Source: an uncultured Verrucomicrobiae bacterium
GTDB taxonomy: Bacteria > Verrucomicrobiota > Verrucomicrobiia > Limisphaerales > Palsa-1400
DNA length: 64,000 nucleotides
NCBI GenBank assembly: GCA_963702845.1
Contig: OY969763.1
Span: forward strand, 1,056,001-1,120,000
Reading direction: 5' to 3'
The position numbers and the translations under genes were made by a program. The number at the start of each line of letters is the position of its first letter. Positions within the stretch are counted from its first letter, which is position 1. The notes beneath the pieces are model-generated. The model was given only the letters and a program-made list of their open reading frames with translations, searched no databases and was not told where the DNA came from. This document shows, one piece after another, positions 51,363 through 62,176 of this stretch.

Positions 51363-53578
51363 TTAACGACTGTTCTCTTGGGCTGCGTTCTTTGGCGGGC
51401 TTGTTGCCGCTTCTTCGTAGCGATAGTTGAATCTTCCGTTGGGCGCGGTGTCGCCTTCGATCATGAATTGGAGAATGTTTCCGTCTTGGGGGATGTTGTC
51501 AGCCCATTTGAATTCGAATCGCATCTTTCCTTTTTTGGTCTGGAGTCCAAGGGCGATAGCGGGATGGCAAGTTGAAGTTGGTTTTCTTTGACGACGAATT
51601 TGATGGTGCCGGACGAGGTCCAATGCCAGCCGCCCGTGTTGCGTTCCAGAACTGCTTCATTCCGTTTCGGTTTCTGGCGGTTGACGATGAAGTCGTATCC
51701 TTCCCAGCCGGTGGCGTGATTTTGGTCGGCGTCGATCAAGAGCATCATCCACGAAGGATCACTCGAACGCGTGATGGGTGAACGGGTGCGCGCGTAGAAG
51801 TAGAGGTAGCGTTCGTCGCGGGCGACCTTGAGGGCCAGAAAATCGTTTCGTCCGGAGGTTGTCACGTAACGGCCGCAGTTGTTGAAGCCCGGGAAATCGC
51901 GATGGCCAGTGTCTCCGTCATCGTCCCGAAATTCGGGAAGGACGTCAGTCCATTGTTCAAAGTCCTGGTTCATGCGAATGGTTTTTTGCGGTCCAGGCAA
52001 GGGCAGGGGACGGCTACCTTTGAATCGCCGGATGAAGGCGGTCATTTGGTAGTAATAGTTGTCGCCATGCCCGCCGTTCATCGGCTCGATGTCGCGACTG
52101 TTTTCCTGGTCGTATTCATCCGGAAAGAGGGCATTGCCCTTGATGCCGTTGAATTCGGGGTGGCGCGAGGCGATCCATTCGTTCCAGCCGGTGATGAAGA
52201 TGAATCGCGGGTCTTCGTTGAGGGCACGTTCGAACTGTTCGGCAAAGTTGTATCCGTGCTGGACATCAGTGGGTTTGCGCACTGTAGTGCCTTTATGGAA
52301 GCTGCGTCCGCGCACGCCCGGTTCGCTCATGGAGCCAAGGCGATTTGTGACGGCGTTTTGGGCGACGCCAACGGACATTTGTTCTTTCTCGCCTCGATCG
52401 TTTTTGAAGGTGTGTTGAGGGTAGACCTCAAGCCAACTCCACATGTTGGTTTCAGTGGGGCCTTCGAAGTAGCTGGGTTGTGGTTTGCGGAAGGTGAAGA
52501 AGTTTTGAATTTGCCGGAGTTGGTCGCCGGGAATGGAAATCTGCCAGCTACGCGTGCCGGGGCAAGGCTGGCCGTTGGCGTAGGCGTGTATTGAAGGGGT
52601 CCGGGCGTCGCGTTCGCCCCACCAGCCGACGCGTCCTGCGGGTTTCGAGATTTCGAGATAATAGATTCCGGGAGGTTGTGTGGTGGGAAGCGATAGGTTG
52701 AGCCATTCGTTGTCTGCAACGGGCAGCCGCTCGGTTGCGATGCATTCGCCGCCAGGCCCGTTTCGATATAATGAAAGTGTTACGACGGAGTTGGTCTGGA
52801 ACTGGGTTGGAAAACAGCCGCCGGCGGTATTGAATGGTCGGCTGGCATTAAAAGTTTGACCTAAAGTCTGGCCGTCATTGAGTTCTGTTTCGGATTGGCC
52901 CTGCACTCCTCCTTCAACATCGGCGAGCTTGGTCGAGTCCGCCAAAATGAGGGGCCTGCCCTCCCATCGAAACCATAAATGGGGATAGAGATTGGGTTGG
53001 TAAAAGTCATGCCAAAGTTCGGTGACCACTCTATCGGGCTTCCAAAACGGACAGAGGAAAGCGATTTGCGGGGTTTTCCCGCCGCGCCGCCGGATGTCGT
53101 CAAATGTACGGAGGAGCGCCATGTAGTTGCTTTTGTAGGTCTGTTGGTTGGTGACGTCGAAGATGACGGTGTCGACTCCTGCGTCGGTAAGCATTTGGGC
53201 GTGTTTGGCCAGCACGAACGGGTCTTGGGTCAAATAGTAGCCGTAGATTGATTCACCCCAGTGATGAGGCGCATACATCGGTCCCCACTGCGGGTTCTCT
53301 GGATCGATGGATTTGATTTTGGTGACATCGTATGGACCGCCGTTGGCGTGGGTCCCTAGCCAAAGGAAATAGAATATGCCGATAAACCGGTCTTGGCGTG
53401 GTGAACCGGTTTGCGGCCAGACGGGCAGTCGACGGCCTAGATTGTCGGTTGCAGCCCAAGTATCGCTGAAGGTGTCCCACGCCGCGGTTGCCGACGTGTC
53501 CCGGGCGGACGCTCGCGGGCCGCCGGTCCAAAGGAACGCGACGGCCAACATAATTCGACTCCAGTAGCAATAGTTCAC
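51363..53578 (-). CDS. Secreted glycoside-hydrolase-like protein (GH99/GH71-like TIM barrel), indel at ~51560
   Basis: Signal peptide; 'IGIFYFLW', 'HHWGE..YGYY', 'HAQMLTDAGVD', 'FITGWNEW'; C-terminus 'FEFKWADN...GDTAPNGRFNY' in the adjacent frame. Confidence 0.7.
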
Positions 53579-53719
53579 GCGCGTTCAGACGCCGTCGTAT
53601 ACCTCGTTCCGTGGAGTAATGTTCGATTGAACACTTACTCCATGCTCGCGTCCGGCTTTGGATTTCTATCATCCAGTTTGCATGGAAGCGATTATTTCTC
53701 GTGGTTGATTGTAGGTTAT

Positions 53720-54058
53720 CTACAGGAGAAGTTTGGCCACGGTTGCGGGGATGCCTTCGGGCAGTTCGACGGCGCGGGTTTTTAGGAAGTCCTGGATGAG
53801 AAGGTTGATCCATTCGCGGGAGGTTTGGATTTCGGTGAATTCGAGGAGTTTCTTTTCGCCGTCGAGTTTCGGTTGGTATTTGGCGCTGCCGGTCAGGGGC
53901 GTGGTTTCGCCTTTGAGGAGGACCTCGAAATGGATGGTGCGAGTGGCGGAATCGATTTGCAGGTTTGTCATATGGCCATATTTCTGGATGCGTTCGTTTG
54001 CGTAGTGTTTGGCTCCGGCCTGGAGCGCCCAGTCTTTGAATGTTCGGATTAAGCCCAT
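53720..54058 (-). CDS. Hypothetical protein
   Basis: 112-aa ORF with ATG start and protein-like composition. Confidence 0.7.
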   Translation of the reverse strand: MGLIRTFKDWALQAGAKHYANERIQKYGHMTNLQIDSATRTIHFEVLLKGETTPLTGSAKYQPKLDGEKKLLEFTEIQTSREWINLLIQDFLKTRAVELPEGIPATVAKLLL

Positions 54059-54111
54059 GGGAAATTCATCTCATAATCCGATAATCTACACTAATTGGAA
54101 ATAATTGGGTT

Positions 54112-54414
54112 GTGGCTGCTCCTCGAAAACGAACCATGTTAAGGACTGACTCGTTCTTATCAAACCGCCGATGCAACACAGAATATGTCAGCGTCCGATG
54201 GGCGGGTCGCGAAAACATGCATTTGATTCGTCCTAGTGGAGAAGTCGAATTCATTTGGTCCAAGCTAAAGAGCGTCAAACGCCCCGACCGCTGCGACGAA
54301 CGCGCTTTCTACATGAACCTTGCGATGAATTCACTGGCGAAGGACGGTTACCAAGTCGTCACGCTTTCCAACGACGACCTGATAATGAAACGCGGAGCGC
54401 ACAGAGGGCAGTGA
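54112..54414 (+). CDS. Hypothetical protein (5' end uncertain, possibly truncated)
   Basis: C-terminal 75 aa look like a real protein ('MNLAMNSLAKDGYQVV'); N-terminus unconvincing. Confidence 0.45.
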   Translation: MAAPRKRTMLRTDSFLSNRRCNTEYVSVRWAGRENMHLIRPSGEVEFIWSKLKSVKRPDRCDERAFYMNLAMNSLAKDGYQVVTLSNDDLIMKRGAHRGQ

Positions 54415-54566
54415 CTTGCCTGAAACGCGAAAAGCGGATTAAAACGTCACAGAACGAATCATGCTATGGTTTGACCCCTTCGATGATTTGACTCTTGCAC
54501 ACCTGTGTTGATCCGCGTCAACCGGTTGTAACTGTCAAGAACATTTCCACCACTTTGATTGTAGGT

Positions 54567-54582
54567 TGGCTCGGGTATTGCT
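54567..54582 (+). promoter_or_regulatory. Sigma-54 (-24/-12) promoter
   Basis: TGGCTCGGGTATTGCT with GG-N10-GC spacing, 15 nt before ATG 54598. Confidence 0.65.
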
Positions 54583-54597
54583 GTATACAGCCCAAGA

Positions 54598-57500
54598 ATG
54601 GGATTCCAACCAAAGAGCAGAGGACTTTTCGCGTACCAAGTCCTACAAATTCTTCTTTTCTGCACTTTATCGGTGGCTGCTGCGAACACTCGTGTTGCGG
54701 TCGGTAGCTTTGGACTCGCGTCTGATAAGTCGGACGGCGATTTGGCCGATTTGATCGCTGTCAAACTTTCAACTGCGCCAGGAATCGAACTGGTCGATCG
54801 GCGCGAATTGAACAAAACCCTCAACGAAGTCACCCTAACCTTGGCGGGCCTTACGAAACCCAAAGATGCCGTGCGCATCGGAGCGTTGCTGCGTGCCGAT
54901 CAGTTCGTTTTAGGCACCACCGTTCCAATCAACGGCACGAACCATCACATTGTCAGGTTAGTAGATGCCCGGTCAGGTGCGATTCGCGCGATCAATGTCT
55001 TTCATGATGACCCATTGGAAACTCTGGCCGGAAACATCGCCACCTTTGTCACATCCGAACTGAAACACCCGGCACAAGAAAAGCGTGACTATCTCGCCAT
55101 TGGTGTCATTCAAAATCTTGGCGTCAATAATCGCTTCAGTGATTTTCCCGCACAGATGCGAGGCAGCGTCGCGGCGAATCTCAGCGGAAAAGTAACCGTC
55201 CTGGAACGTGACGTCGTTTCTTTTTTGGCCAATGAAGTGCGAATGAACCTCGCTGGTCTGACCGAATCTGCTGGCGGCACGAATTCACAAATCCGATCCG
55301 CATTTTGGATCGTGGACGGGTTTTACCAATCTTACGAAGTCGCCAAGCCAGAGCTACAACTGAAACTTCGGGTCGAGCGGCTCGACGGGGGCTCACAAAC
55401 TATCATACTCCAAAGCGAACCCAACGAACAGTTCTTCGCCAAAATCTCGCAAACGATCGAAGCCGCGTTAAAGCCCGGTGACACAAACGCACCCACCAGA
55501 CAGAGTCAACACGCAACGGTAGAAGCGCGCCGTTGGCAACTCATAGATTACCGGCCGAGCAAGGAAACTTTGGGTGCCAGTGATGAGCTTCGGACCGTGA
55601 ACATGCGTTTTGCGATCGGCAGCTTTGGCTCGGCTTCTGAAAAGGCGGACAGCGATTTGGCTGATTTGATAACTGGTAAACTTTGCGCACCAGGATTCCA
55701 TCTGGCAGAGCCGCGCGAATTTAAAAAAACCGGTGGCGAAACCAACCTAACCATAGCAGACCTTGCCAACCCCAAAAATGTCATCCGTGTCGGAGCATTG
55801 CTTGGAGCCAACCAGTTGGTTTTAGGCACCACCGTTTCAATCAACCGAACAAATCATGTTATCGTAAAACTAGTAGATGCCCGGTCGGGTTCAATTCGCG
55901 CGATCAATGTCTTTCATGACAATACGTTGGAGGCGCTGGCATGGAACATCGCCAGCTTTGTCACTGCCAACCTGAAATGGCCTGCTCAAGATAAACATGA
56001 CTTCCTCGCCCTTGGCGTTATTCGAAATGATGGCGGCAGTGATTGCTACGCCGATTTTCCAGAACAAATACGAGGCAGCATCGCTACAAACCTCAGCGGA
56101 AACGTCACCGTGGTGGAACGTGACATTCTTCCTTTTTTGGCCGATGAAATGCAAACGAACCTGGCCGGCCTGACCGAATCTGCGGGACCCGCCAATTCGG
56201 GACACCAATTCGGATTCTGGATTATGGATGGTTCTTACGGATGCTTCAAAGGACGAGTTCTAACACGAGCAGGCGACCTAGTCGTCAAATCTATACTGAC
56301 TACGGATTTTCACGTTGCATGCATCGGAGGCCAGCCGCGAAGTTTCACGCTTCTGGGCGAACCCGATGAACAGTTCTTCGCGGACCTCTCGCAGCGGATC
56401 GAAACCACATTAAAACAGCCGCCATTAGTCGGCAGAGAGGGTGAAATCGGAGCGCTGGAAGAGCGCGGGAGGCAACTAATAGATTATAGACCGCTTCCGG
56501 ACAGTTTAATTCAGCAGATTGTCGTTCGCAGCTCGCTCAATCCAGCCCAGGCTACGAATACTCTTGATGAAGCCATAAGGGTGTATGAGTCAATTCTTCT
56601 GATCGATCCCGACAATGTTGCGGCCAAAATGCGTTTGGCGGGATGCTTGCTCTACAAGCTGGGGAGCCGAACAACCGGTCAGGTTTGGCCGGCTGATGTC
56701 GTGGCCCGTGTTACTGACTTATACAAAGAAGTCAGCTCCAGCGGGTCGTCGAAAGATAGTGTCGACGCAAAAGTCTGCCTCGCTTCCCTCGAGGATGGAA
56801 TGGAGGGCTTGAGAATGTTACGTCGATTCGCCCGTGAAACAGACGATCCGAACGCGAAGAAGACTCTGCGCTCCTACGTCTACATGTTCACAACGCGCAT
56901 AAGCGTGCCGTCCGAAGAAGTCCTTCCGGACCTGCGCGACGTAATTTTCGATGATCTCGAAGAGGTGGAGAAACGAACAAATCAAGCGTTCATTGTCAGT
57001 TTTGAGTGGCGGTTGGGCGGTTTCATGTACGTTGACGGCAGCAAAGCCTTTGATGTCATTCTCCCAGAACTTCTGGAAAAATTCCCGAAGCTCAAACCTC
57101 AAATCTTACTCGCTGCAGTTTGTGAAGAAACTGACACGAACTCGCCGGTGATCCCGAAATTTTTGGAGTCACTCAAACAATCCGAGGAGCATCCCGAAAC
57201 AGTGCCGCAACCCACCAGCTATTTCACTCACCTCAGCACAACCTTGGAAGACGAGAAAGCGGCGCGTTCGCACCGGTTTTACGACAGGGGGTACGAACGA
57301 ACCTTCGAGCACGGTCAATATTCGGCAGTCGTGGCGATGGCGCTGGCGCGCCAGCGAGCTTCCGAAAAAGGGCTCGCACCTCCGCTCACTGACCACGGCA
57401 AAGAACTTCTGGCAGATGCTTATCGTTTCCTTGGCCAATGGCAAAAGGCGCTCGATATCTATACCACACTTACGAACCTACCGCCGAAAGTACAAAATGA

Positions 57501-58872
57501 GTGTCGCAAACACCTCCAACTTCCTTTCGTTTCAGAAGCGGTTCCGGGCTGGGAAACGGACATCAACAAAGTCGAAATTGCTTATACCAACATGGAACAT
57601 AAGGAGTGGCTAAGTGCGGCTGCAATCCTGGACTCAATAGGGCATCGAACGGTTGTAATGAATCGTCCTGGACCATGGGGGTGGAACCGTCTGGTGCTGC
57701 CAGCGGTTGTCGCAAACGAATGCCGTATTCGAGCTGGAAAACCGCCGGTAAAAGATCCGATGATCTTTGAATTGGGCGACATCCCTTACATCGGCTTCAG
57801 TCGCGATGCGATCCATTTCGACTTCCAAATCGAGGGCGAAGATGTCTGGGTCGGGATTTACAAGCGAATCGAACGATTTAGTGGCCCCGGGCCTATCGAC
57901 GCCTTCAAGCCGATCGAGATGCATGACTTTCAGCGCATGGTCAAAAGTAGATCTACCGGCCTGTGCGTCACGCCTCAGTTTATCTGGTTGGGAACTGACG
58001 GGGAGGGATTGTTCGAATTGGATCGGAAGACCGGTTCCGCTCGTCACTTCACTATGAAAGACGGCCTGTTGCTCGACGGCATTTCCGGTCTTTGTTTGCA
58101 GGATAAAACCTTGTGGATTGCTTACCGGAAAATTGACAGCGGAGGCGTCGGCACACTGGATTTACAGACGCACAAGTTTTCGGCGCGGACTCCAAACCTG
58201 AATCCCAACGCCGGGAAACATTCTGAACCTTCGTATAACCAAGGGCCTATGGTACGATCGGACCAGCCGTCCCAGAAGCCCGTTGCAGGTATGGCAGCCG
58301 GTGCCCAAGGAGAGATGTGGTTTGGCGTCAGTCAAACAGGGATACAGTGTTATCATGATGGTGAGGGGCGCTGGACAACTTTTTCAGATTTCCCATTTAA
58401 CTTCGATTGTTCGAGCATCGCTGCTGACACCGCGCACGATCAATTACTGATTGGTTCGCACGATTCCTTTATCTCGGAAAACGAAAAATCGGATCAGGGT
58501 GGATTGTCTATTTACAATTACCGTGAAAACAGAAATGACTTGTTTCAAATTGCGCAAGGCCTGCCGGCCAACGAAACAACAGCAGTCGCGGTTGACGGGA
58601 ACATAGCGTGGGTGGGAGGCCGGGGATTCGTAGCCGTGGTTGATATAGCCAAGCGAAAGGTATTACGCATCGCCTATCTCTCAGCCAATAACATCAAGAA
58701 AATTGAGTTAGGGAAACGGTACGCGTGGGTACAGGTCTACACCAACCCTAATTTGGCGTGGCAACAGTCATACACCACCTCCGAGTTTGGTTTTGATCAT
58801 CATATATTTGACGATGGCGGGGAAGCCCAGACGGGCATTTACCGTCTTGAACGTGCGCCCATTGAGCGATGA
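54598..58872 (+). CDS. Large exported protein: duplicated CsgG/TolB-N-like modules, TPR-like region, beta-propeller
   Basis: Signal peptide; 'LVDRRELNKTLNE..L..AGL..P..AVRIGALLRADQFV' present twice; helical middle; 'IWLGTDGEGL', 'GLPANE..AV' propeller blades. Confidence 0.75.
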   Translation: MGFQPKSRGLFAYQVLQILLFCTLSVAAANTRVAVGSFGLASDKSDGDLADLIAVKLSTAPGIELVDRRELNKTLNEVTLTLAGLTKPKDAVRIGALLRADQFVLGTTVPINGTNHHIVRLVDARSGAIRAINVFHDDPLETLAGNIATFVTSELKHPAQEKRDYLAIGVIQNLGVNNRFSDFPAQMRGSVAANLSGKVTVLERDVVSFLANEVRMNLAGLTESAGGTNSQIRSAFWIVDGFYQSYEVAKPELQLKLRVERLDGGSQTIILQSEPNEQFFAKISQTIEAALKPGDTNAPTRQSQHATVEARRWQLIDYRPSKETLGASDELRTVNMRFAIGSFGSASEKADSDLADLITGKLCAPGFHLAEPREFKKTGGETNLTIADLANPKNVIRVGALLGANQLVLGTTVSINRTNHVIVKLVDARSGSIRAINVFHDNTLEALAWNIASFVTANLKWPAQDKHDFLALGVIRNDGGSDCYADFPEQIRGSIATNLSGNVTVVERDILPFLADEMQTNLAGLTESAGPANSGHQFGFWIMDGSYGCFKGRVLTRAGDLVVKSILTTDFHVACIGGQPRSFTLLGEPDEQFFADLSQRIETTLKQPPLVGREGEIGALEERGRQLIDYRPLPDSLIQQIVVRSSLNPAQATNTLDEAIRVYESILLIDPDNVAAKMRLAGCLLYKLGSRTTGQVWPADVVARVTDLYKEVSSSGSSKDSVDAKVCLASLEDGMEGLRMLRRFARETDDPNAKKTLRSYVYMFTTRISVPSEEVLPDLRDVIFDDLEEVEKRTNQAFIVSFEWRLGGFMYVDGSKAFDVILPELLEKFPKLKPQILLAAVCEETDTNSPVIPKFLESLKQSEEHPETVPQPTSYFTHLSTTLEDEKAARSHRFYDRGYERTFEHGQYSAVVAMALARQRASEKGLAPPLTDHGKELLADAYRFLGQWQKALDIYTTLTNLPPKVQNECRKHLQLPFVSEAVPGWETDINKVEIAYTNMEHKEWLSAAAILDSIGHRTVVMNRPGPWGWNRLVLPAVVANECRIRAGKPPVKDPMIFELGDIPYIGFSRDAIHFDFQIEGEDVWVGIYKRIERFSGPGPIDAFKPIEMHDFQRMVKSRSTGLCVTPQFIWLGTDGEGLFELDRKTGSARHFTMKDGLLLDGISGLCLQDKTLWIAYRKIDSGGVGTLDLQTHKFSARTPNLNPNAGKHSEPSYNQGPMVRSDQPSQKPVAGMAAGAQGEMWFGVSQTGIQCYHDGEGRWTTFSDFPFNFDCSSIAADTAHDQLLIGSHDSFISENEKSDQGGLSIYNYRENRNDLFQIAQGLPANETTAVAVDGNIAWVGGRGFVAVVDIAKRKVLRIAYLSANNIKKIELGKRYAWVQVYTNPNLAWQQSYTTSEFGFDHHIFDDGGEAQTGIYRLERAPIER

Positions 58873-59744
58873 ACACACAACCAATATTAAAGTTTGTCGC
58901 GCCATCTGCTGTCTATAGAACTTGCTGCGTTCTGATAGCGATACTGCTCAGCAGCAGCTCCGGCCTTGCAGAAATCAGAATCTCTCCTTTCAAAGCTGCT
59001 CCGCTGTTTGCATTTCCAGGAGGAGACACGATCGAGGTCGTTCTCAGCACTTCAGCGAGTAATTCGTTTGAAGGCAACGTTCAGATACGAGTATATCAAT
59101 GCAGTTCCGCCACGATCATGCCGATCGGCCCCCTCAAAGCTTGGAAAAAAATCGAGCTGCCATCCGGCCAAAGGACAATTGAAACCGTCGCCATTGATTA
59201 TCCTTCTGTTTCTAGCGAAACGATCTTCCAGGTTCATTTTTTCGACGACGCGAAGACGGTGGTCGGGAGGATAACGGTACATGTCTTACCACGTGATTTG
59301 TTGAAGCAACTATCGACGCTGTGCGGTAAAAATCCGGTCGGAATTTACGATCCCGAAAACCAGCTCAAACCGATGCTGGGCAAACTGGAGGTGGAATTTG
59401 AGGATTTAGAGGACGATGCCCGCTTTGACTCGTTTCACGGGAACCTGTTGCTTGCTGGCCCATTTTCGTCATCCGAAAAAATAAGCGACAATTTGAGAGG
59501 TCGTATTTCCACGAAGGCTAAAGAATCTTGTTCGGTCGTCTGGATGTTGCCACCTCAGTTGCAGGTGCCATTCGACTCAGTTTTTGTGCTTAAAGCAAAC
59601 GGGTCAGAAGTGGTCTTGCATGATACGGCTTTTAAAGATTTGGCCCACTCGGCCTCTGCGCAGTTCACCCTGCTCCGCTCTGCCCAACTCGCTCTCGATC
59701 CAGATAAGCTCTCTTTGTCACATAATCGATCCACTCCCAAATAA
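58869..59744 (+). CDS. Exported hypothetical protein
   Basis: ATGA overlap with the upstream gene, signal-like N-terminus, 291 aa. Confidence 0.7.
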   Translation: MNTQPILKFVAPSAVYRTCCVLIAILLSSSSGLAEIRISPFKAAPLFAFPGGDTIEVVLSTSASNSFEGNVQIRVYQCSSATIMPIGPLKAWKKIELPSGQRTIETVAIDYPSVSSETIFQVHFFDDAKTVVGRITVHVLPRDLLKQLSTLCGKNPVGIYDPENQLKPMLGKLEVEFEDLEDDARFDSFHGNLLLAGPFSSSEKISDNLRGRISTKAKESCSVVWMLPPQLQVPFDSVFVLKANGSEVVLHDTAFKDLAHSASAQFTLLRSAQLALDPDKLSLSHNRSTPK

Positions 59745-59745
59745 T

Positions 59746-60669
59746 ATGAAAAAAGTCATCATGCTCATTTCGGCAGTCTTCACGTTGGCCTGCCACAACT
59801 TGTTTGCCAGCGACCAAATTCTCACTGTCGCAGTTTTCGATTTCGATTCGAAGGACGAATCAGTGCGCGACCTGGGCCCAAAGGTAGCGACGTTGCTCAA
59901 TGCCAATCTTTCAGCGGACGCTGGTATCATCACAGTGGAACGGGCCGAACTCGAAAAAGTTTTGGGCGAACAGGAATTTGGATTGTCTGGCACCGTTTCT
60001 CCCCAAACAGCAGCGAAGGTGGGAAATCTAACCGGATGCAAGGTCTTGATCACTGGCCGCGTGTTTAAAATCGAAAAAGAACTAACCATTGTTGCAAAAA
60101 TTATCAGCGCGGAAACCAGCCGTGTGTACGGAGAAATTGTAAAAAGCCCGTCCGCAAGCATTTCGGATTTATCGACTGAACTCGCAACGAAAATTGCTAA
60201 AACGGTCAAGCAGAAAGCGGATACGCTAATAACCAAATCCCAAACCCGAGAGGAACGAATCGATAATCTCATCAAATCTCTAAAAGCCGGCAAACGACCA
60301 ACCGTGTCTGTCAAAATTGCCGAACGACACTTCGGTCAACCGGTTATCGACCCCGCTGCGGAGACGGAAGTAGGCGTAATCTTGCAAAAGGCTGGTTTTT
60401 CAGTGGTAGACGAAAACTCTGCAACAAAGCCAGACTTAGAGATTACCGGTGAAGCTTTCAGCGCCTATGGGGTTAGAAAAGGCAATTTGATTTCTTGCAA
60501 AGCTCGCGTAGAACTCAAAATCCAGCGGAAAAATCCGAGCGAAGTAATCATGGTCGATCGTCAAACCTCCGTTGCAGTTGATATTACAGAACAAACGGCG
60601 GCCAAAACCGCGTTACAAAATGCTGTTTGTGAAGCTGCCGAACGTTTTCTTCCTGCGTTATTAAAGTAG
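59746..60669 (+). CDS. CsgG/HfaB family protein
   Basis: Signal MKKVIMLIS; 'TVAVFDF', 'VERAELEKVLGEQEFGLSG.V..TAAKVG.LTG.KVLITG'. Confidence 0.82.
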   Translation: MKKVIMLISAVFTLACHNLFASDQILTVAVFDFDSKDESVRDLGPKVATLLNANLSADAGIITVERAELEKVLGEQEFGLSGTVSPQTAAKVGNLTGCKVLITGRVFKIEKELTIVAKIISAETSRVYGEIVKSPSASISDLSTELATKIAKTVKQKADTLITKSQTREERIDNLIKSLKAGKRPTVSVKIAERHFGQPVIDPAAETEVGVILQKAGFSVVDENSATKPDLEITGEAFSAYGVRKGNLISCKARVELKIQRKNPSEVIMVDRQTSVAVDITEQTAAKTALQNAVCEAAERFLPALLK

Positions 60670-60750
60670 TGGAAATTCTTCCCGCGAATTTCGGTTCTAT
60701 TGACGATCGTGGCTCGCGGTTCGCAAGATCGATCGTCAGATAAATAAACC

Positions 60751-60930
60751 ATGAAAGGCGCGACTTTGTAAAAACGCCGTTTGTTTCTGCGGCAGCGGCG
60801 CGTTCAATTCAAGTTCTGCGGCTGCCGAACCTGCATCGGTCACCCACAAGTTTTATGAATTGCGACTCTACCATCTCCGCGGGGACGCGATGCAAAAGCG
60901 GTTTGACGAATTTCTAGCGAGGGAAACAAA
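60751..60930 (+). pseudogene. Remnant of Tat-exported NIPSNAP-like gene
   Basis: With small indels reads M-K-R-R-D-F-V-K-T ... AAEPASVTHKFYELRLYHLRGDAMQKRFDEF, then degenerates. Confidence 0.5.
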
Positions 60931-61236
60931 GCTGAGGCCGGAACTGGTGTCGTATGCTTTTGCTGCAAAAAATGGGAATGCGCTTTGATGGTTTACACCG
61001 TTGAACGGCGTCAGCGGCGAGAATTAATTGGGAACGCGACCGCCGCGCCTCCCCCCTTTAAAGAAATTGGGACCAGTAACCCAGGGTTCCGGCGCAAATC
61101 ACCAGGCCCGCGCCTAACAAGTGAACAAATTATACGAGGACGCTTCGCATGGCCCTAGGCTACGATCATTTCATCACTTTGGGATTTCGGAGTGGTTGCG
61201 CGAGTTTTGTTGGTTGCGGGACTGACATTTCGGGGT

Positions 61237-61923
61237 TCAATCTGCGGTCCATTTGTAATCGTAACCGGCAGGCGGGTTGTAACGCCACGCTTCTTGATGG
61301 CCTGTGACGGCGTTGTTTGTGTCCCAATACATTTTGATGTAATCGGCGTGGCCGTCTATGAAGCTGACCATGTCGCGCGCATTGTTATAATGTGACTGGC
61401 CTTCGAACTGATGCCATGAATAGGGAAGAAATGCGGCAAATTCTATAATCAATAATGTCTTGGTGGGGTTTCGGATTGCGCTCAATTTCATTCCTGCGAC
61501 TCCGGCAAAGTTGGTGTTGTAATTGCCGGCGTTGAGCGCGTAGCTGGAATAACTATACATCGCCTGGGCGTGAAGGCTGTCGGAGAAACGGTCGTCGTAG
61601 GTGTAATAAAATGTATCGGCCGGACACGCGAACAGGCGGTCTCGCGGCGACGGCGCAGCGGCTAACCCGGCGTAGCTCCTGACCGGTTTGAGTTCTTCGA
61701 TCCCGATGCTGGTCGCGTTGTGTTTTTCGTTCCGCGCTAATGTATTCTGGTGGTCGTCTGCGTATAAATGTGTGGCGAGGTTGATTTGTTTGAGGTTGTT
61801 CAGACAGGTGGTGCGTTTTCCACGGGTTGTCGCTGTATTCAACGCGGGCAACAGGAGCGCTGCCAGTATTGCGATTATCGCCAGCACGACCATGAGTTCA
61901 ATTATTGTAAACGCTCGCTTCAT
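61237..61923 (-). CDS. Prepilin-type N-methylation domain protein with H-X9-DG-like motif (DUF1559-type)
   Basis: '[25 protein letters not shown]', 'CLNNLKQI', 'FACPAD', 'SFIDGHA'. Confidence 0.88.
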   Translation of the reverse strand: MKRAFTIIELMVVLAIIAILAALLLPALNTATTRGKRTTCLNNLKQINLATHLYADDHQNTLARNEKHNATSIGIEELKPVRSYAGLAAAPSPRDRLFACPADTFYYTYDDRFSDSLHAQAMYSYSSYALNAGNYNTNFAGVAGMKLSAIRNPTKTLLIIEFAAFLPYSWHQFEGQSHYNNARDMVSFIDGHADYIKMYWDTNNAVTGHQEAWRYNPPAGYDYKWTAD

Positions 61924-62176
61924 CCGATTGCACTCTGACGTCTTATCCTTTCGCGCTCCTCAACATTAAATAGACGTTCGCCGTCGATGGATTTGTGTAT
62001 GCGACTCGGTCCTCGCACGCAATATCCCTGTAGTTCTAATGAGTAACCACAGAAGATCGAATGGGCATCTCCTGCATAGCCTGACGGTCGGTCACGCGTT
62101 ATTCCTCTCTTCCACAAGACGCGGCTTGCGCAAGGTTTGGTGAATCAGTGTTGTGAATGAAATCGAAAGGGGTGTT

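Noticed and set aside
61960..62150. Receiver-domain remnant (DGF...RNIPVVLMS)
   Set aside because: Only two short motifs in different frames; too weak without a search
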